Positions 24,034-34,622 of a stretch of DNA of 64,000 nucleotides are shown piece after piece. Source of the DNA: a virus; the IMG/VR virus record IMGVR_UViG_3300025933_000001, positions 23,722-87,721 of that record. One strand, given 5' to 3'. The notes under the pieces are model-generated. The model was not told the DNA's origin. It ran no database searches and saw only the letters and a program-made list of their open reading frames with translations. How positions within the stretch are numbered: the first letter of the stretch is position 1; each line of letters opens with the position of its first letter. Both the position numbers and the translations under genes were made by a program.

Positions 24034-25800
24034 ATGGACAACAAGTGGGGTATTGATCTATCTTACGAACATAAAACTCCATGCCCTCGATGCCGTAAGA
24101 ATGGTAGAGACACTTCAGGCAACAATCTACACGTGTACGGTGAGAACAATGGTGCATATTGCTGGTCATGTGAATTCACCATACCAAGCAGGGTGCATCG
24201 TGAAGCTATGGGGTGGGATGATAACGAAGAAGAGGAAGAAGTGAGCACACGAGAAAAGATTACACCAGAAGAAAATACAAAGATTAAATCTTACACAGGG
24301 AACGATTGTAAAGGATGGAGGGGAATCAAGAAGGAGACTAACGCATTCTTCGGGGTACGTTATGAGTACGATGAGGAGACTGGTGAACCTGTTAAGATGT
24401 TTGTACCTACTACAATCAACTACGAGTTGGTAGGATACAAGACACGGACATTTCCTAAAGACTTTACCAATCCTATTGGTATTGTAGGTAAGGACTGTGA
24501 TTTAGTAGGAGAGTTTCGTTTCAAAGACCACACACGCACTTGTCTTATCGTCGGAGGTGAGACGAAGGTATTGTGTGCTTACCAGATGCTCAACGATGAT
24601 CGTCTTAATCGTGGTAAAGAGGATTTTGAGTCTGTAGCAGTAGTAAGTCCTACAGTCGGTGAGAATGGTTGTGCAAAGCAGATTCAAGCACGCTATTCGT
24701 ACTTTGATCGCTTCCAGAAAATCATCATTTGTATGGATGACGACCCCACCGGACAAGAGGCAAACAAAAAGATAGCTAAAGTATTACCAAAAGGTAAGGT
24801 TTATATTATGAAGATGCGGTATAAGGATGCTGACATCTACATTGAGAAAAACGATGAAAAAAGTTTTATCAAGGACTTCTGGAACGCAAAACCTTATACC
24901 CCGGATGGTATTGTTGCTAGTTCGGAGTTAAGTAGTAAGATTCGAGAGGCTGCTTTGATGCCTAAGATTCCGCTACCACCTTTCATGCATAAGTTGCAAA
25001 AGATGATGGCAGGGGGTATACCTCTAAAAGTCATCATTAACCTAGCAAGTGCGAGTGGAACAGGTAAGTCTACTATCGTTGACGAATGCCTTTACTATTG
25101 GATTTTTAACTCTCCTTACCGTATAGGTGTGGTAACTCTTGAGTCAGATTGTGGGCAATGGGGTACAAAGATTCTTAGTAGGCATGTACAACGTAAAATC
25201 GATCTTATCGAGGATACTGAAGAGAAGATGACCTTTCTTGACAGTCCAGAGGTTCTTGAAAAGGAACGTGAGTTGTTCTTCAAAGAAGATGGTACACCTA
25301 GATTCCATCTTATCGAAGAGCGAGACGGCGGAATTGAATCGCTAAAGGAGTTAGTAAACAATCTTATTATTGCATGTGATTGTCAAGTAATCATTCTTGA
25401 TCCTTTGCAAGATATCTTAGATGGTATAAGTAACGAGGAACAGTCTGTGTTTATGCGTTGGATGAAGGGGATGGTTAAAAGCCATGATGTAACCTTTATC
25501 AACGTTAACCATGTACGTAAGAGCAGTGGAAATCAAAAGGCTAATTCTACAGGTGCTGAGATGCATGAAGAAGATATCATGGGGTCTGGGTCGATTCTGA
25601 AAAGTGGAGCTTGTAATCTCCTCTTCACCCGTAATAAAGAGGCTGAAGACGAATTTGAGAAGAATACTACCAAGATGAAGGCTAGTAAGATTCGTTGGAC
25701 AGGCCGGACAGGTGTAGCTGGAGAATACTATTACCACAATGATACGCATACACTGTGGGATAAGGATGATTACTTGATGACACACCCTCAAGAATTCTAA
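24034..25800 (+). CDS. DNA primase-helicase (T7 gp4-like)
   Basis: Zn finger CPRC...CWSC, TOPRIM (GGE...DDD), Walker A ASGTGKST, ILDPL and NHVRK SF4 helicase motifs. Confidence 0.93.
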   Translation: MDNKWGIDLSYEHKTPCPRCRKNGRDTSGNNLHVYGENNGAYCWSCEFTIPSRVHREAMGWDDNEEEEEVSTREKITPEENTKIKSYTGNDCKGWRGIKKETNAFFGVRYEYDEETGEPVKMFVPTTINYELVGYKTRTFPKDFTNPIGIVGKDCDLVGEFRFKDHTRTCLIVGGETKVLCAYQMLNDDRLNRGKEDFESVAVVSPTVGENGCAKQIQARYSYFDRFQKIIICMDDDPTGQEANKKIAKVLPKGKVYIMKMRYKDADIYIEKNDEKSFIKDFWNAKPYTPDGIVASSELSSKIREAALMPKIPLPPFMHKLQKMMAGGIPLKVIINLASASGTGKSTIVDECLYYWIFNSPYRIGVVTLESDCGQWGTKILSRHVQRKIDLIEDTEEKMTFLDSPEVLEKERELFFKEDGTPRFHLIEERDGGIESLKELVNNLIIACDCQVIILDPLQDILDGISNEEQSVFMRWMKGMVKSHDVTFINVNHVRKSSGNQKANSTGAEMHEEDIMGSGSILKSGACNLLFTRNKEAEDEFEKNTTKMKASKIRWTGRTGVAGEYYYHNDTHTLWDKDDYLMTHPQEF

Positions 25801-25897
25801 CAACATTACTTACGGTAAGTAGTCCTACTACCTATTTGCTAGAACTTGACATATTAGTGATTCGTGGTATATTATAGTCTTTAGATAGATAAATAGT

Positions 25898-26491
25898 ATG
25901 CCTACTTACATAAAAGAAGTACCAACAAAGGAGTGGTTGTTAGAACGTTTCTATGTTGAAGGTGGTTTCGTTTACTGGAAGCATAAGACGATTAGTAGAG
26001 GTCGGAAGAGTGAGAGGGGAGGTAAGCGTGTCAATACCTATATCGACGAATGTGGTTATTATAGAATTGGCATTGAACGTAAGACCTACCCTCTTAGTAG
26101 GATTATCTACCAAATGTATTACGGGGATTTAACACCAGAATATGAAGTAGATCATATAGACAGAGATAAGTTAAACAACCACATTACCAACTTACGTAAA
26201 GTGTTGCAGGAGGTTAATAAGAGGAATAAGACTAAGCAAAAGAACGCAGGCTCTGATAACACAGGAGTTTGTCTTAACCGTAAGCACCATCCTGCACCAC
26301 ACCAAGATAAGTACTCTGACTACTACGTAGCAAGATGGTATGATGCAGATGGTGTACTACGAGGTAAGCACTTTAGAATTGATAAACTTGGTGCTGAAGA
26401 AGCATATCGACAAGCTGTTGAATATCGAGCTAAAATGATCGAGCAATTGAATCAACAAGGTCTGAACTATTCAGATACACACGGAACTTAA
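25898..26491 (+). CDS. HNH endonuclease with AP2-like C-terminal domain
   Basis: EVDHIDRDKLNNHITNLR; YVARWYD...KHF; own promoter near 25846. Confidence 0.88.
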   Translation: MPTYIKEVPTKEWLLERFYVEGGFVYWKHKTISRGRKSERGGKRVNTYIDECGYYRIGIERKTYPLSRIIYQMYYGDLTPEYEVDHIDRDKLNNHITNLRKVLQEVNKRNKTKQKNAGSDNTGVCLNRKHHPAPHQDKYSDYYVARWYDADGVLRGKHFRIDKLGAEEAYRQAVEYRAKMIEQLNQQGLNYSDTHGT

Positions 26492-26503
26492 AGGAGAACC
26501 AAA

Positions 26504-26785
26504 ATGGCAACTAAAAAGCCTAGCGTAGCAACACAACTTAAAGCAGCGAAGAATGAAATTGCATTTCTCGCTAATGAGCTTGCAGCAGTAAAGAAAGCTA
26601 AAGAGAGTGCTGAATCAAACAAAGATTATTATTACAAGGAAAAGACCTCTCTTCAGAAAGAGTTATCAGATATTCACGATCTTATCGATGTGCTAGAAGG
26701 TGCAATTCCTAAGCGTAAGGATGGAGAATATACAGACACTCCTGTAATGCTTCGATTGGCTTCTTGGTTGGCAAATAGGAAATAG
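26504..26785 (+). CDS. coiled-coil protein
   Basis: AAGGAG RBS. Confidence 0.7.
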   Translation: MATKKPSVATQLKAAKNEIAFLANELAAVKKAKESAESNKDYYYKEKTSLQKELSDIHDLIDVLEGAIPKRKDGEYTDTPVMLRLASWLANRK

Positions 26786-26793
26786 GAAACTAA

Positions 26794-27141
26794 ATGACCT
26801 ACAGCCTAAGTAGTGAAATCTCGCAAGATCATCCTAAACAAGAACTCTGGAAGCAACAACGTGAAGAACGAGGATTCGATGACACAGAGCTTTGGAACTT
26901 AGATAGTACAATTGCTCAATTCATTCTCCCTCGATTGAAGAGGTTTAAGGAGATGACAGACAAGTACCCCAACCCTGACTTCAGCAGTATGGAGGAATGG
27001 AATGAAGCTCTTGACAAAATGATTGGTGCGTTTCATTTCATGGTGGAAGAGAAGTATGGCTGTTTTGATGGGCCAATGTTTGAAGATGCTGAAGAGGGGT
27101 TGAGATTGTTTGCTCAGTATTTTGGTAATTTGTGGCTGTGA
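26794..27141 (+). CDS. conserved phage protein
   Basis: RGFDDTELWNLDSTIAQFILPRLKRF...LW pattern. Confidence 0.75.
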   Translation: MTYSLSSEISQDHPKQELWKQQREERGFDDTELWNLDSTIAQFILPRLKRFKEMTDKYPNPDFSSMEEWNEALDKMIGAFHFMVEEKYGCFDGPMFEDAEEGLRLFAQYFGNLWL

Positions 27142-27154
27142 ATAAGGAGACTAT

Positions 27155-27907
27155 ATGAAGCTAATGAAATTTAAAGTGAAGAACCCAGAGCATTCTGCGG
27201 AGATTCAGAATGCATTGTTTAAGGCTGGATATGATTGGGCATGGCAAGCAAACAAGGGTGAGGTTATGTTTACCGAGTCTCCTTGGTTGTTTGCAGGTAT
27301 AGGTGCAAAATACGATGAAGATGGTAATCCACGACAAAACGCAATAACTAGGGCTGACACAGATGATTGTTATGAATATGAGGATCATGTAGAAATGTTT
27401 GTTGTGGATGGAGAGATTATGAGTAGAGAGCCTAAGTTTAAGGTTGGAGATAGGGTTGTTTGTGTTGACGATGATGATGGTTTTAATAACTACGTAAGAC
27501 TAGATGAAACTTACACTGTTACTAAAGTGGAAGTTGACGACTATGAAACGTATGTTTATCTTGACGGAGTTGGTGATCAGGCATATGACGGATTTGTTGA
27601 ATCTCGATTCGAGCTGGCTAAGAACGATCCAACCATAGGGCGTAGAATCACTGTAGATGAGATGCTAGATAACATTGCTAAGTCTACTCCGGGAGCTACA
27701 CAAACTATTACTACGTTGGTTGATGAGTATATTGAGGAAAACAAAGAACCTATTGGCTTACGTCCTAAGAGTGTTGTAGACAAAGAGCGTATCTTGGAGA
27801 TTTTGCTAGCTATGGGGAGATTTGTAGATGCTGGTAAGGAAGTTCCTTATAAGTGGCGAGATGAGTTGGAAGATTTGTTTATAGAGGAAAATTATGTTAC
27901 CAAATAA
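27155..27907 (+). CDS. multidomain hypothetical protein
   Basis: MKFKV..EHSAEIQNALF domain, FKVGDRVVCVD domain and PIGLRPK domain. Confidence 0.7.
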   Translation: MKLMKFKVKNPEHSAEIQNALFKAGYDWAWQANKGEVMFTESPWLFAGIGAKYDEDGNPRQNAITRADTDDCYEYEDHVEMFVVDGEIMSREPKFKVGDRVVCVDDDDGFNNYVRLDETYTVTKVEVDDYETYVYLDGVGDQAYDGFVESRFELAKNDPTIGRRITVDEMLDNIAKSTPGATQTITTLVDEYIEENKEPIGLRPKSVVDKERILEILLAMGRFVDAGKEVPYKWRDELEDLFIEENYVTK

Positions 27908-28523
27908 ATTTGTTGTGTCTTGGAATGGAGGAGAAGAGTACAGCTCACTGGTGAGCAAGTTGTACAACCTTGGATACAAGTGGCAGGGTTCAAATGATGA
28001 TGTAGCAATGGCCTGTCAAGAAGGTGTGATATATGCTTACGAGGATAAAGTTCTAAACTACACCAGTTTAGACTACTATCTAAGGTATAAGAAGTGGCAT
28101 GAAGACTTCGTTTTCCTTGAATCATTACCAGACATAAGCAATAAAGAAGATAATATGATTAAATCTAAAGAACTTGATCCAAACGGTATTAATCCTAACA
28201 AACCCGGAGCAAAGCTAGATGCTGGTAAAGCTCCTGTACGTCGAGGATTGCTAGAGTATTTCCCTCGTGCTTGTATGGCTGTAGCTCAAGTGAGTGCTTC
28301 AGGAGCTAAGAAGTACACATGGAATGGTTGGGAGTCTGTAGAGAATGGTATTGATCGCTACGGAGATGCTGAAGTAAGGCATATTTGTAAAGCTGTTATT
28401 GAAGGGCCAGTGGATAATGACTTTGGACATTTGCATGCTATGCACGAGGCTTGGGGAGCTTTAGCAAGGCTTGAGCTTATTCTACGTAAGATGGAGGAAG
28501 AAGGTCATGCTAATCTTTACTAA
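27894..28523 (+). CDS. dATP/dGTP diphosphohydrolase (DUF5664)-domain protein
   Basis: GAKLDAGK...GAKKY..NGW...RY.DA..RH...D...HLHA.H.AW.ALARLEL. Confidence 0.8.
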   Translation: MLPNKFVVSWNGGEEYSSLVSKLYNLGYKWQGSNDDVAMACQEGVIYAYEDKVLNYTSLDYYLRYKKWHEDFVFLESLPDISNKEDNMIKSKELDPNGINPNKPGAKLDAGKAPVRRGLLEYFPRACMAVAQVSASGAKKYTWNGWESVENGIDRYGDAEVRHICKAVIEGPVDNDFGHLHAMHEAWGALARLELILRKMEEEGHANLY

Positions 28524-28678
28524 AATCCTACTCTCCATATTCCTACTATCAGGATTTGGAGCAATCTTTTCAGACATAGTTAAGCACGAGAAAGCTACTA
28601 CTTTCTTCATAATTACTTACATCCTATCTGCTATGTGTCTAGCAGGAGAGGTTATATATTTTATGTGGAAGGCTTGAT

Positions 28679-29155
28679 ATGAAAGAATTAGTAGGAAAAG
28701 TTGTTACTGGTATCTTTGTAAACGAGGATGAAAGTTTTCTTAAATTCGCTACAACAGAAGGGGATATCCTTTATCACGCTGAAGGCGATTGTTGCAGTGA
28801 AACTTGGTTTGCTGACATCATTTTTAGCTATCACGGAGTTTTTGATTCGTCAGGCGTATCAATACTTGTTTCAGAAGTAGAGGTACTTGATATACCAGAG
28901 TGGATGAATGGTTTAGCTACAAAAGATGGGCGATGCAGACAAGAATACGATCAGGTGTACGGCTACAAACTGAAGTTTAAGAGGCGAACGTATTACGGAA
29001 ACGCTGACGAAGATATTGTAATTGTATATCGCAACTCTAGTAATGGATATTATGGCGGAGATTGTGAGTTTATCAAAGACGAGAATCGACACTACTTTAA
29101 AGAACAATTAGATAGTGCAACTTGGACACAAATTACAGATGATTGGAGGGCTTAA
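28679..29155 (+). CDS. conserved phage protein
   Basis: GDCCSETW...SNGYYGG motifs. Confidence 0.7.
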   Translation: MKELVGKVVTGIFVNEDESFLKFATTEGDILYHAEGDCCSETWFADIIFSYHGVFDSSGVSILVSEVEVLDIPEWMNGLATKDGRCRQEYDQVYGYKLKFKRRTYYGNADEDIVIVYRNSSNGYYGGDCEFIKDENRHYFKEQLDSATWTQITDDWRA

Positions 29156-29394
29156 ATGATCTTTACATTTGGCTTTATTACGATGGTAGCATCGTTCTTT
29201 ATCTGGTACGGCATTGGCATGCCTGTAAACACTAAAGTTGCTAAGTTTCTACAGTTTACAGGGGATGTTGGAGTGTTGATGATGGTGATGTCTGTTTGTA
29301 TGGCTATTTGGAAGTATATGCCGTAAGGATGTAATAAGCTTGCGTAATAGTGCTCTTATGTGGCATTATTACGCTTTTTAGTAAAGGGGGAGAA

Positions 29395-31854
29395 GTGAAT
29401 AAACGAAGACTGTATTGGGATATTGAGGCAACTAATCTATTGAATTCTGACTCGGTAGACTATACAGCCTCGCCATACAAGCTTAAAGATGACTTCAAAG
29501 TACATTGCGTAGGACTGATTGATGTTGACACAGAGGAACAGTTTCAATTCCTACAAGAAGATGTCAAGCTTGTTAGAGAGTTTATCTTAGATGAAGCCTG
29601 TGAATTGATTGCCCATAATAGCATTAGTTATGACCACATGGTAATGATGGCTGCTTACGGGATGGATTTTGATATCGGAGGGAATGAAGCTGGTAAGGTA
29701 GATACTGATAAGTTCTATGACAAGCAGGTAGATTTGTTGTGCGGTAAGCCTTTTACCATAACAGATACTCTTACGATGTCAAAAACTTTGAATCCAGACA
29801 GAGCACAACACAGTATTGATTACTTCGGCAGGATGCTTGGTCTTGAGAAAATTGATTGGAGGGCTAAGGCTGTAGAGCTTGGTCTGATTCAACCGAACGA
29901 CCCAAAGGGAGCAGAGTTTAGAACATTCCATCCTGAGATGGTTACGTACATGATGCGTGACTGTGAAGTTGGTATTAAGGTGTGGAAATTCCTACTGAAA
30001 GAATGGGGTGATTGGAATTGGAAGAGTGCTTACGAGCTTGAGAAGCAAGTGGTGCATGTTATCACACGGCAAGAGCATAGAGGTTTTTGGTTCGATGAAT
30101 CTAAAGCTGTAGAATGTGTTAAAGACCTTGATACCAAAATGTCAGAGTTGAAGGAAGTTGTAGAGCCTTTAATTCCACCTAAGCCACTTACCAAAACTGC
30201 AGCTAAGGAATACATTCCACCGAAGATTCAGTTTAAGAAGGATGGTACTCCTAGTGCCAATATCCAGAAATGGGTTAGAGATAAGCACAATGGCAGTTTG
30301 TGGGAAGAGTCGGGAAGTTGGTGGGCTGTCCTGTATGATAAGACGTACAAACTGCCAATTCCAGCAGAGCCTATCATCTCTACGATGCCTGCAACCATTC
30401 GAGACACAACACACATCAAAGGGTGGCTTGTAGAGCTAGGTTGGCAGCCTAGCAACTATAAAGAGCGTGATCTTACGGTAGATAGTAAGAAGAAGAAACT
30501 GACAGAGGAAGCTTACTACGCAGCTTGTGAGCGATATATTGAACAGACTTTGAGCAGTCCGTTCAAGCGGGATAGGCTAGAACATCTGGAAGTAGCTTCT
30601 GAGGCTGGCTTAAGGAAGAAATTACTTAAGCACGACCACATGAAGCGACCTATGAAGGTGCTGACAAACCCTACATTAACAGTTGGCGTGGAGAAAGAAA
30701 TTGATCCTAAACTCCTAGAGATGTCTGACAAGTTTGCACACGCTAAGGATGTTTCTGATTATCTTACGTATAGCCACAGACGTAATAGCATTCTTGGCGG
30801 TGGATTTGATCCCGATGATTTAGATGACGAGGACGAGTACGCAACCAAGGGATGGCTGAGTGTAGAGCGTATTAAGCAAGATGGGCGAATCCCTACACCT
30901 GCAGATACGTGTGGAGCAGGTACAAGTCGATTTAAGCATCGCTTAGTAGCTAATATCCCTCGTGTTACTTCTATTTACGGAGAACAGCTAAGAGAGTTGT
31001 TCGGGGTTGACGTGGAAGCTGGATTTTTCCAGATGGGTTATGACTTCACCTCTCTAGAGGCAATGATCGAATCTCACTATTGCTGGAGATATGACAACGA
31101 AGATAAGGCTTACTGCTTATCTCTTACACAAGAGAAGCCTAATGATGTTCATACGAGAACTGCCTCTAAGATTTCTGAAGTCTTGGGCAGAGTGTTTGGA
31201 CGATCTCCTGCGAAGACAGTTAAATATTGTTGTGCATATGGAGGGCAACCTAAGCGCGTAGCTAAGACGATTGGTTGTGATTTGCAAGATGGACAACTTA
31301 TATTCAATGCTTATTGGGAAGCTGCTTTCCCTCTTGCAAGTCTGGTTGAGAAGTTAAAGCATTATTGGGAAACTGTAGGAGGTAAGAAGTTTATCCTTGG
31401 GCTAGATGGTAGGAAATTACCTACACGTTCGGCTTCAGCTTTAGTGAATACGCTTTTTCAGTCAGCAGGCGTAATTTGTGCTAAGAGAGCTATGGTGATT
31501 CATGATCGTAAGTTGAAAGCTGAAGGATTATCTGTAGACTTTTGGAAAGACGATTGGAAGAATGAGAAGTTTGTGCAACAACTCATAGCGTATCACGATG
31601 AGGCTCAAATGGAGATGCACAAGAGTCTTATCAGGTGGAAGTTATTTCATACTGAGGAAGAGGCTAAGGCTTTTAAAGCTGTAAATCCTGCTTGGTCTGA
31701 AATAGGACATTCTGGTAAGGGGTATTACGTAGGCTGGTGTAGAGCAGGCGAGCTAGTGAAGGAGGCTGTACGCGAAGCCAGTCAATACTACAAATTGAAT
31801 GTAACGTTATCTGCTGACTACATCTTAGGACGTAATTGGGCGGAGTGTCATTAA
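29395..31854 (+). CDS. DNA polymerase, family A, with 3'-5' exonuclease
   Basis: ExoI WDIEA, HN..YD; motif A GYDFTSLE; motif B RSPAKTVKY; motif C YHDE; GRNWAECH. Confidence 0.95.
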   Translation: MNKRRLYWDIEATNLLNSDSVDYTASPYKLKDDFKVHCVGLIDVDTEEQFQFLQEDVKLVREFILDEACELIAHNSISYDHMVMMAAYGMDFDIGGNEAGKVDTDKFYDKQVDLLCGKPFTITDTLTMSKTLNPDRAQHSIDYFGRMLGLEKIDWRAKAVELGLIQPNDPKGAEFRTFHPEMVTYMMRDCEVGIKVWKFLLKEWGDWNWKSAYELEKQVVHVITRQEHRGFWFDESKAVECVKDLDTKMSELKEVVEPLIPPKPLTKTAAKEYIPPKIQFKKDGTPSANIQKWVRDKHNGSLWEESGSWWAVLYDKTYKLPIPAEPIISTMPATIRDTTHIKGWLVELGWQPSNYKERDLTVDSKKKKLTEEAYYAACERYIEQTLSSPFKRDRLEHLEVASEAGLRKKLLKHDHMKRPMKVLTNPTLTVGVEKEIDPKLLEMSDKFAHAKDVSDYLTYSHRRNSILGGGFDPDDLDDEDEYATKGWLSVERIKQDGRIPTPADTCGAGTSRFKHRLVANIPRVTSIYGEQLRELFGVDVEAGFFQMGYDFTSLEAMIESHYCWRYDNEDKAYCLSLTQEKPNDVHTRTASKISEVLGRVFGRSPAKTVKYCCAYGGQPKRVAKTIGCDLQDGQLIFNAYWEAAFPLASLVEKLKHYWETVGGKKFILGLDGRKLPTRSASALVNTLFQSAGVICAKRAMVIHDRKLKAEGLSVDFWKDDWKNEKFVQQLIAYHDEAQMEMHKSLIRWKLFHTEEEAKAFKAVNPAWSEIGHSGKGYYVGWCRAGELVKEAVREASQYYKLNVTLSADYILGRNWAECH

Positions 31855-31868
31855 CAGTGAGGTGAAGT

Positions 31869-32192
31869 ATGAGCAGGTCTTATTCGTTTGATTCTGTGCA
31901 AGTTGTTGATTGTGACATCGTTGGAAGTGTGGTGCAATGCTTACTGAGAGATATGAAAGTAAATTTCTTCTGTTTCTCAGGTTTCCCGTCAATTGGTATA
32001 GATTATGACGAGGATGGTGAAATTTTTATAATTACGCTCAGTCGTAGTAGCGTTATTAAATCTTCGTTTTGCTTGACAAAAGAGCAAGCTATAAACACGA
32101 GTAAGAGATTTAGAGCGGGGGAGTTGGATCATGATAAATCAATTTTTAAAATAGTACAGAGAGCCATCTCTGAAATTGACAGTTTCGATTAA
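31869..32192 (+). CDS. hypothetical protein
   Basis: GAGG RBS. Confidence 0.55.
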   Translation: MSRSYSFDSVQVVDCDIVGSVVQCLLRDMKVNFFCFSGFPSIGIDYDEDGEIFIITLSRSSVIKSSFCLTKEQAINTSKRFRAGELDHDKSIFKIVQRAISEIDSFD

Positions 32193-32360
32193 AACCGCTT
32201 ATGAACATCTCCTACGATCCAAACGAAGCCCATCTATACCACGTTAAACATCTTATCGAAGAGTGGGAAGATGGCTTAATTACTAAAGAGCAATACCAAT
32301 ATAGATTGAAAGAGTTGGTAGCAATATTAAATTTTGAATTGGAAGCATTGGAGGAATGAT

Positions 32361-32582
32361 ATGAAAGGTGCAAGGAGCAGTAGAGGTGATGCATTTCTTG
32401 CTGAACTTCGCAGGCTAAGGGAAGAGAATAAGCGTTTAACTCTGAAGATAAAGCAGTTACGAGAAGTTGTAACAGAAGCTGCTTGGGAATGGCAAAGCTG
32501 TGTAGAAGTTGATTTCGCACCTATGAGTTGTGAGGCACATATTGGTAGAGCATTCGATGAATTCATGGTAAAGGAGAACTGA
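32361..32582 (+). CDS. hypothetical protein
   Basis: GGAGG RBS before MKGA. Confidence 0.55.
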   Translation: MKGARSSRGDAFLAELRRLREENKRLTLKIKQLREVVTEAAWEWQSCVEVDFAPMSCEAHIGRAFDEFMVKEN

Positions 32583-32809
32583 TGGGCAAACAACAATATG
32601 CTTTAATGAAATATGATCCAGCAGACGGTACAGAAAAACCATACCCATCACACGCGCAACAGTGGCGCGAGTATCACGGGCAATCAACTGCGTGGCTCTT
32701 TAATCCGTGGACTGGTACAAGGAGAGGAGCCACTGTAGTTGGCAGTGATACATTTGGGCATCTTATTATTCCTCCAGGCGAACCTGTGTATGCATATGAA
32801 AAGAGTTAA
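32582..32809 (+). CDS. conserved phage protein
   Basis: DPA.G..KPYPSHA.QWR.YHG..AWLFNPWTG motif. Confidence 0.65.
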   Translation: MGKQQYALMKYDPADGTEKPYPSHAQQWREYHGQSTAWLFNPWTGTRRGATVVGSDTFGHLIIPPGEPVYAYEKS

Positions 32810-33170
32810 AGCCACAATCGAACAGATAGAGAAGACAAGCCGTACACAAGGCGCTAAAGAGCAGATGTACAAAGAGATGGCTGTAGCTTGCATACGACAT
32901 CTTATTGCTAGAGAGGAAAACATCTTAATCTCTTTTCCATACTTCGTAAAATTTAAAGCTGGAGGGTTTCCTCCAAAACAATTGGTAAAGAAGACTCCTA
33001 CAAGCAACATTTACAAAATAAAAGTGAAGAGGTTGCTTGACTGGTTATTTGAACGAGGTTATTCTAAGTACAGCAGTGAAGACGTTCTCGAAGCTACGAA
33101 GGAGTTTGCTAAGAACCTTACGATGCTGGAGAATGAGATTGACAATATGTTTGACGGAGGGATCGATTGA
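32796..33170 (+). CDS. hypothetical protein
   Basis: ORF track (start at MKRV). Confidence 0.6.
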   Translation: MKRVKATIEQIEKTSRTQGAKEQMYKEMAVACIRHLIAREENILISFPYFVKFKAGGFPPKQLVKKTPTSNIYKIKVKRLLDWLFERGYSKYSSEDVLEATKEFAKNLTMLENEIDNMFDGGID

Positions 33171-33355
33171 GTGACATATCTAAATGCTTTGGTACATTGT
33201 GCGATCTTAAGAAAAGTTGTTATCGCTATACAGCAGACGACCACCCTTACAGACAGTCGTATTTTGCAATTGTTCCTTTCAACGTAGAAACACAAGAGTG
33301 TGAGTATTTTTGGGATAACAAGGAGTATGAAAGTGGGAAGACCTCTCGGAAGTAA
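33167..33355 (+). CDS. small Cys-rich protein
   Basis: DISKC.G..C..K.SCYRY...QSYF...CEYFW family pattern. Confidence 0.65.
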   Translation: MSDISKCFGTLCDLKKSCYRYTADDHPYRQSYFAIVPFNVETQECEYFWDNKEYESGKTSRK

Positions 33356-33593
33356 GAACAAGCCAAATCAAATCAAAGCAACACCAAATGAAGCATTTAA
33401 AGCTAAAGAGCCTGTTAAAGCTGCTCCACAAACAGGAACATTTCGTGTTGGCAGGATGATCGGTAATGAGTGGGGAATTTATGCATATAGTAGATTTGGT
33501 AGTCCTCCTGTCTGTGTTTTTATATCAGATTCTGAGAGCAAGGTTTGTTCTGTTGCAGAAATACTGAATAAAGCTGTAGAAGGTAGTTTGTGA
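33327..33593 (+). CDS. AT-hook-containing protein
   Basis: GRPLGSKNK motif. Confidence 0.6.
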   Translation: MKVGRPLGSKNKPNQIKATPNEAFKAKEPVKAAPQTGTFRVGRMIGNEWGIYAYSRFGSPPVCVFISDSESKVCSVAEILNKAVEGSL

Positions 33594-33679
33594 TCTATTA
33601 TGTGGTACTATACAATCACACTACTTACTTACGAGATGATGTTAATTTATTGGAATGAGTTACTAAAAGGAGAGACAAA

Positions 33680-34051
33680 ATGAATAGTATGCAACATGAA
33701 TTTAACGCTGTATGTGAGCACTTGATTAAGCAAGGTAAGCCAGCAATGGGTGAAGAAGGTTGTATGTACAGAGCTGAAGATGGTGCTATGTGCGCAGTAG
33801 GCTGTAGAATTCCAGATTCATTGTACAAACCGGAGATGGAAGGAATGATGCTGGAGTCTTTGGTTGCACAGTTTTCAGTGTTTCTACCGCCAGAGATTGT
33901 TGAATATTATGACATGTTTAAAGATATGCAACGAGCACATGACAATATGAGCGTACTCGATTCAGATGAGATGATCCCTTTCTTGAAGAGGCAACTCCGT
34001 AAGGTAGCACACGACTATGCCCTTGAAATCCCTTCCTGCATTTCTGAATAG
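33680..34051 (+). CDS. conserved phage protein (paralog of 35068..35472)
   Basis: HLIKQG...CMYR...CAVGC...Q.AHD. Confidence 0.75.
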   Translation: MNSMQHEFNAVCEHLIKQGKPAMGEEGCMYRAEDGAMCAVGCRIPDSLYKPEMEGMMLESLVAQFSVFLPPEIVEYYDMFKDMQRAHDNMSVLDSDEMIPFLKRQLRKVAHDYALEIPSCISE

Positions 34052-34312
34052 TTGAACAAAGGAATGAATATGTTTACAATTATCACTTGTGCAATAATCT
34101 GGTTTGCCTGTGGATTCATTGCAGCAGGGTATGAATTTGCTTATTGGCAACGTAGATACCCGATGTTGTCTCGCTACACAACCAAGACAGATGCTAGTCA
34201 TGCTTGGATAGATGTCATATTAGGGTGTGCAGCGTTGTTTGTCGTTGTTGCCAGAGGGCACAACAATCATGGCTGGAAGCTTTGGTTCGGAAAAGGATTG
34301 TATGAATATTAG
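34052..34312 (+). CDS. membrane protein
   Basis: Two hydrophobic helices. Confidence 0.6.
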   Translation: MNKGMNMFTIITCAIIWFACGFIAAGYEFAYWQRRYPMLSRYTTKTDASHAWIDVILGCAALFVVVARGHNNHGWKLWFGKGLYEY

Positions 34313-34622
34313 CAACATTGTGGATAAAATTCTCTTGCCCATCTCTGTTTTGATGGTTGTAGGGTCAGTGATTATTTTCAATAACGCAGAAGCCAGAAGC
34401 TCTAAACCTGTAAGACAATTTGTATCTGTTCACGCATGTCCAGTTACGGGGAAGTTTGAAAGGCATTGTCCTGGCTATGTTGTAGACCACATTGTCCCTC
34501 TGTGTGCTGGAGGACCAGATAAGCCAGATAACATGCAATGGCAGGAAGTGAAAGAGTCTTATAAGAAGGATGCTGAGGAAAGGAAGCTTTGTAAGAGGCT
34601 TAAGAAGGAGGGGAAGGTGTGA
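34302..34622 (+). CDS. small HNH nuclease with N-terminal signal peptide
   Basis: Hydrophobic leader ending AEA; CPGYVVDHIVPLCAGGPDKPDNMQWQ. Confidence 0.75.
   Translation: MNISNIVDKILLPISVLMVVGSVIIFNNAEARSSKPVRQFVSVHACPVTGKFERHCPGYVVDHIVPLCAGGPDKPDNMQWQEVKESYKKDAEERKLCKRLKKEGKV

Noticed and set aside
27894-28523. Z-genome (2-aminoadenine) system
   Set aside because: No PurZ seen in the window, the HD protein is SpoT-like rather than DatZ-like, and DUF5664 alone is widespread
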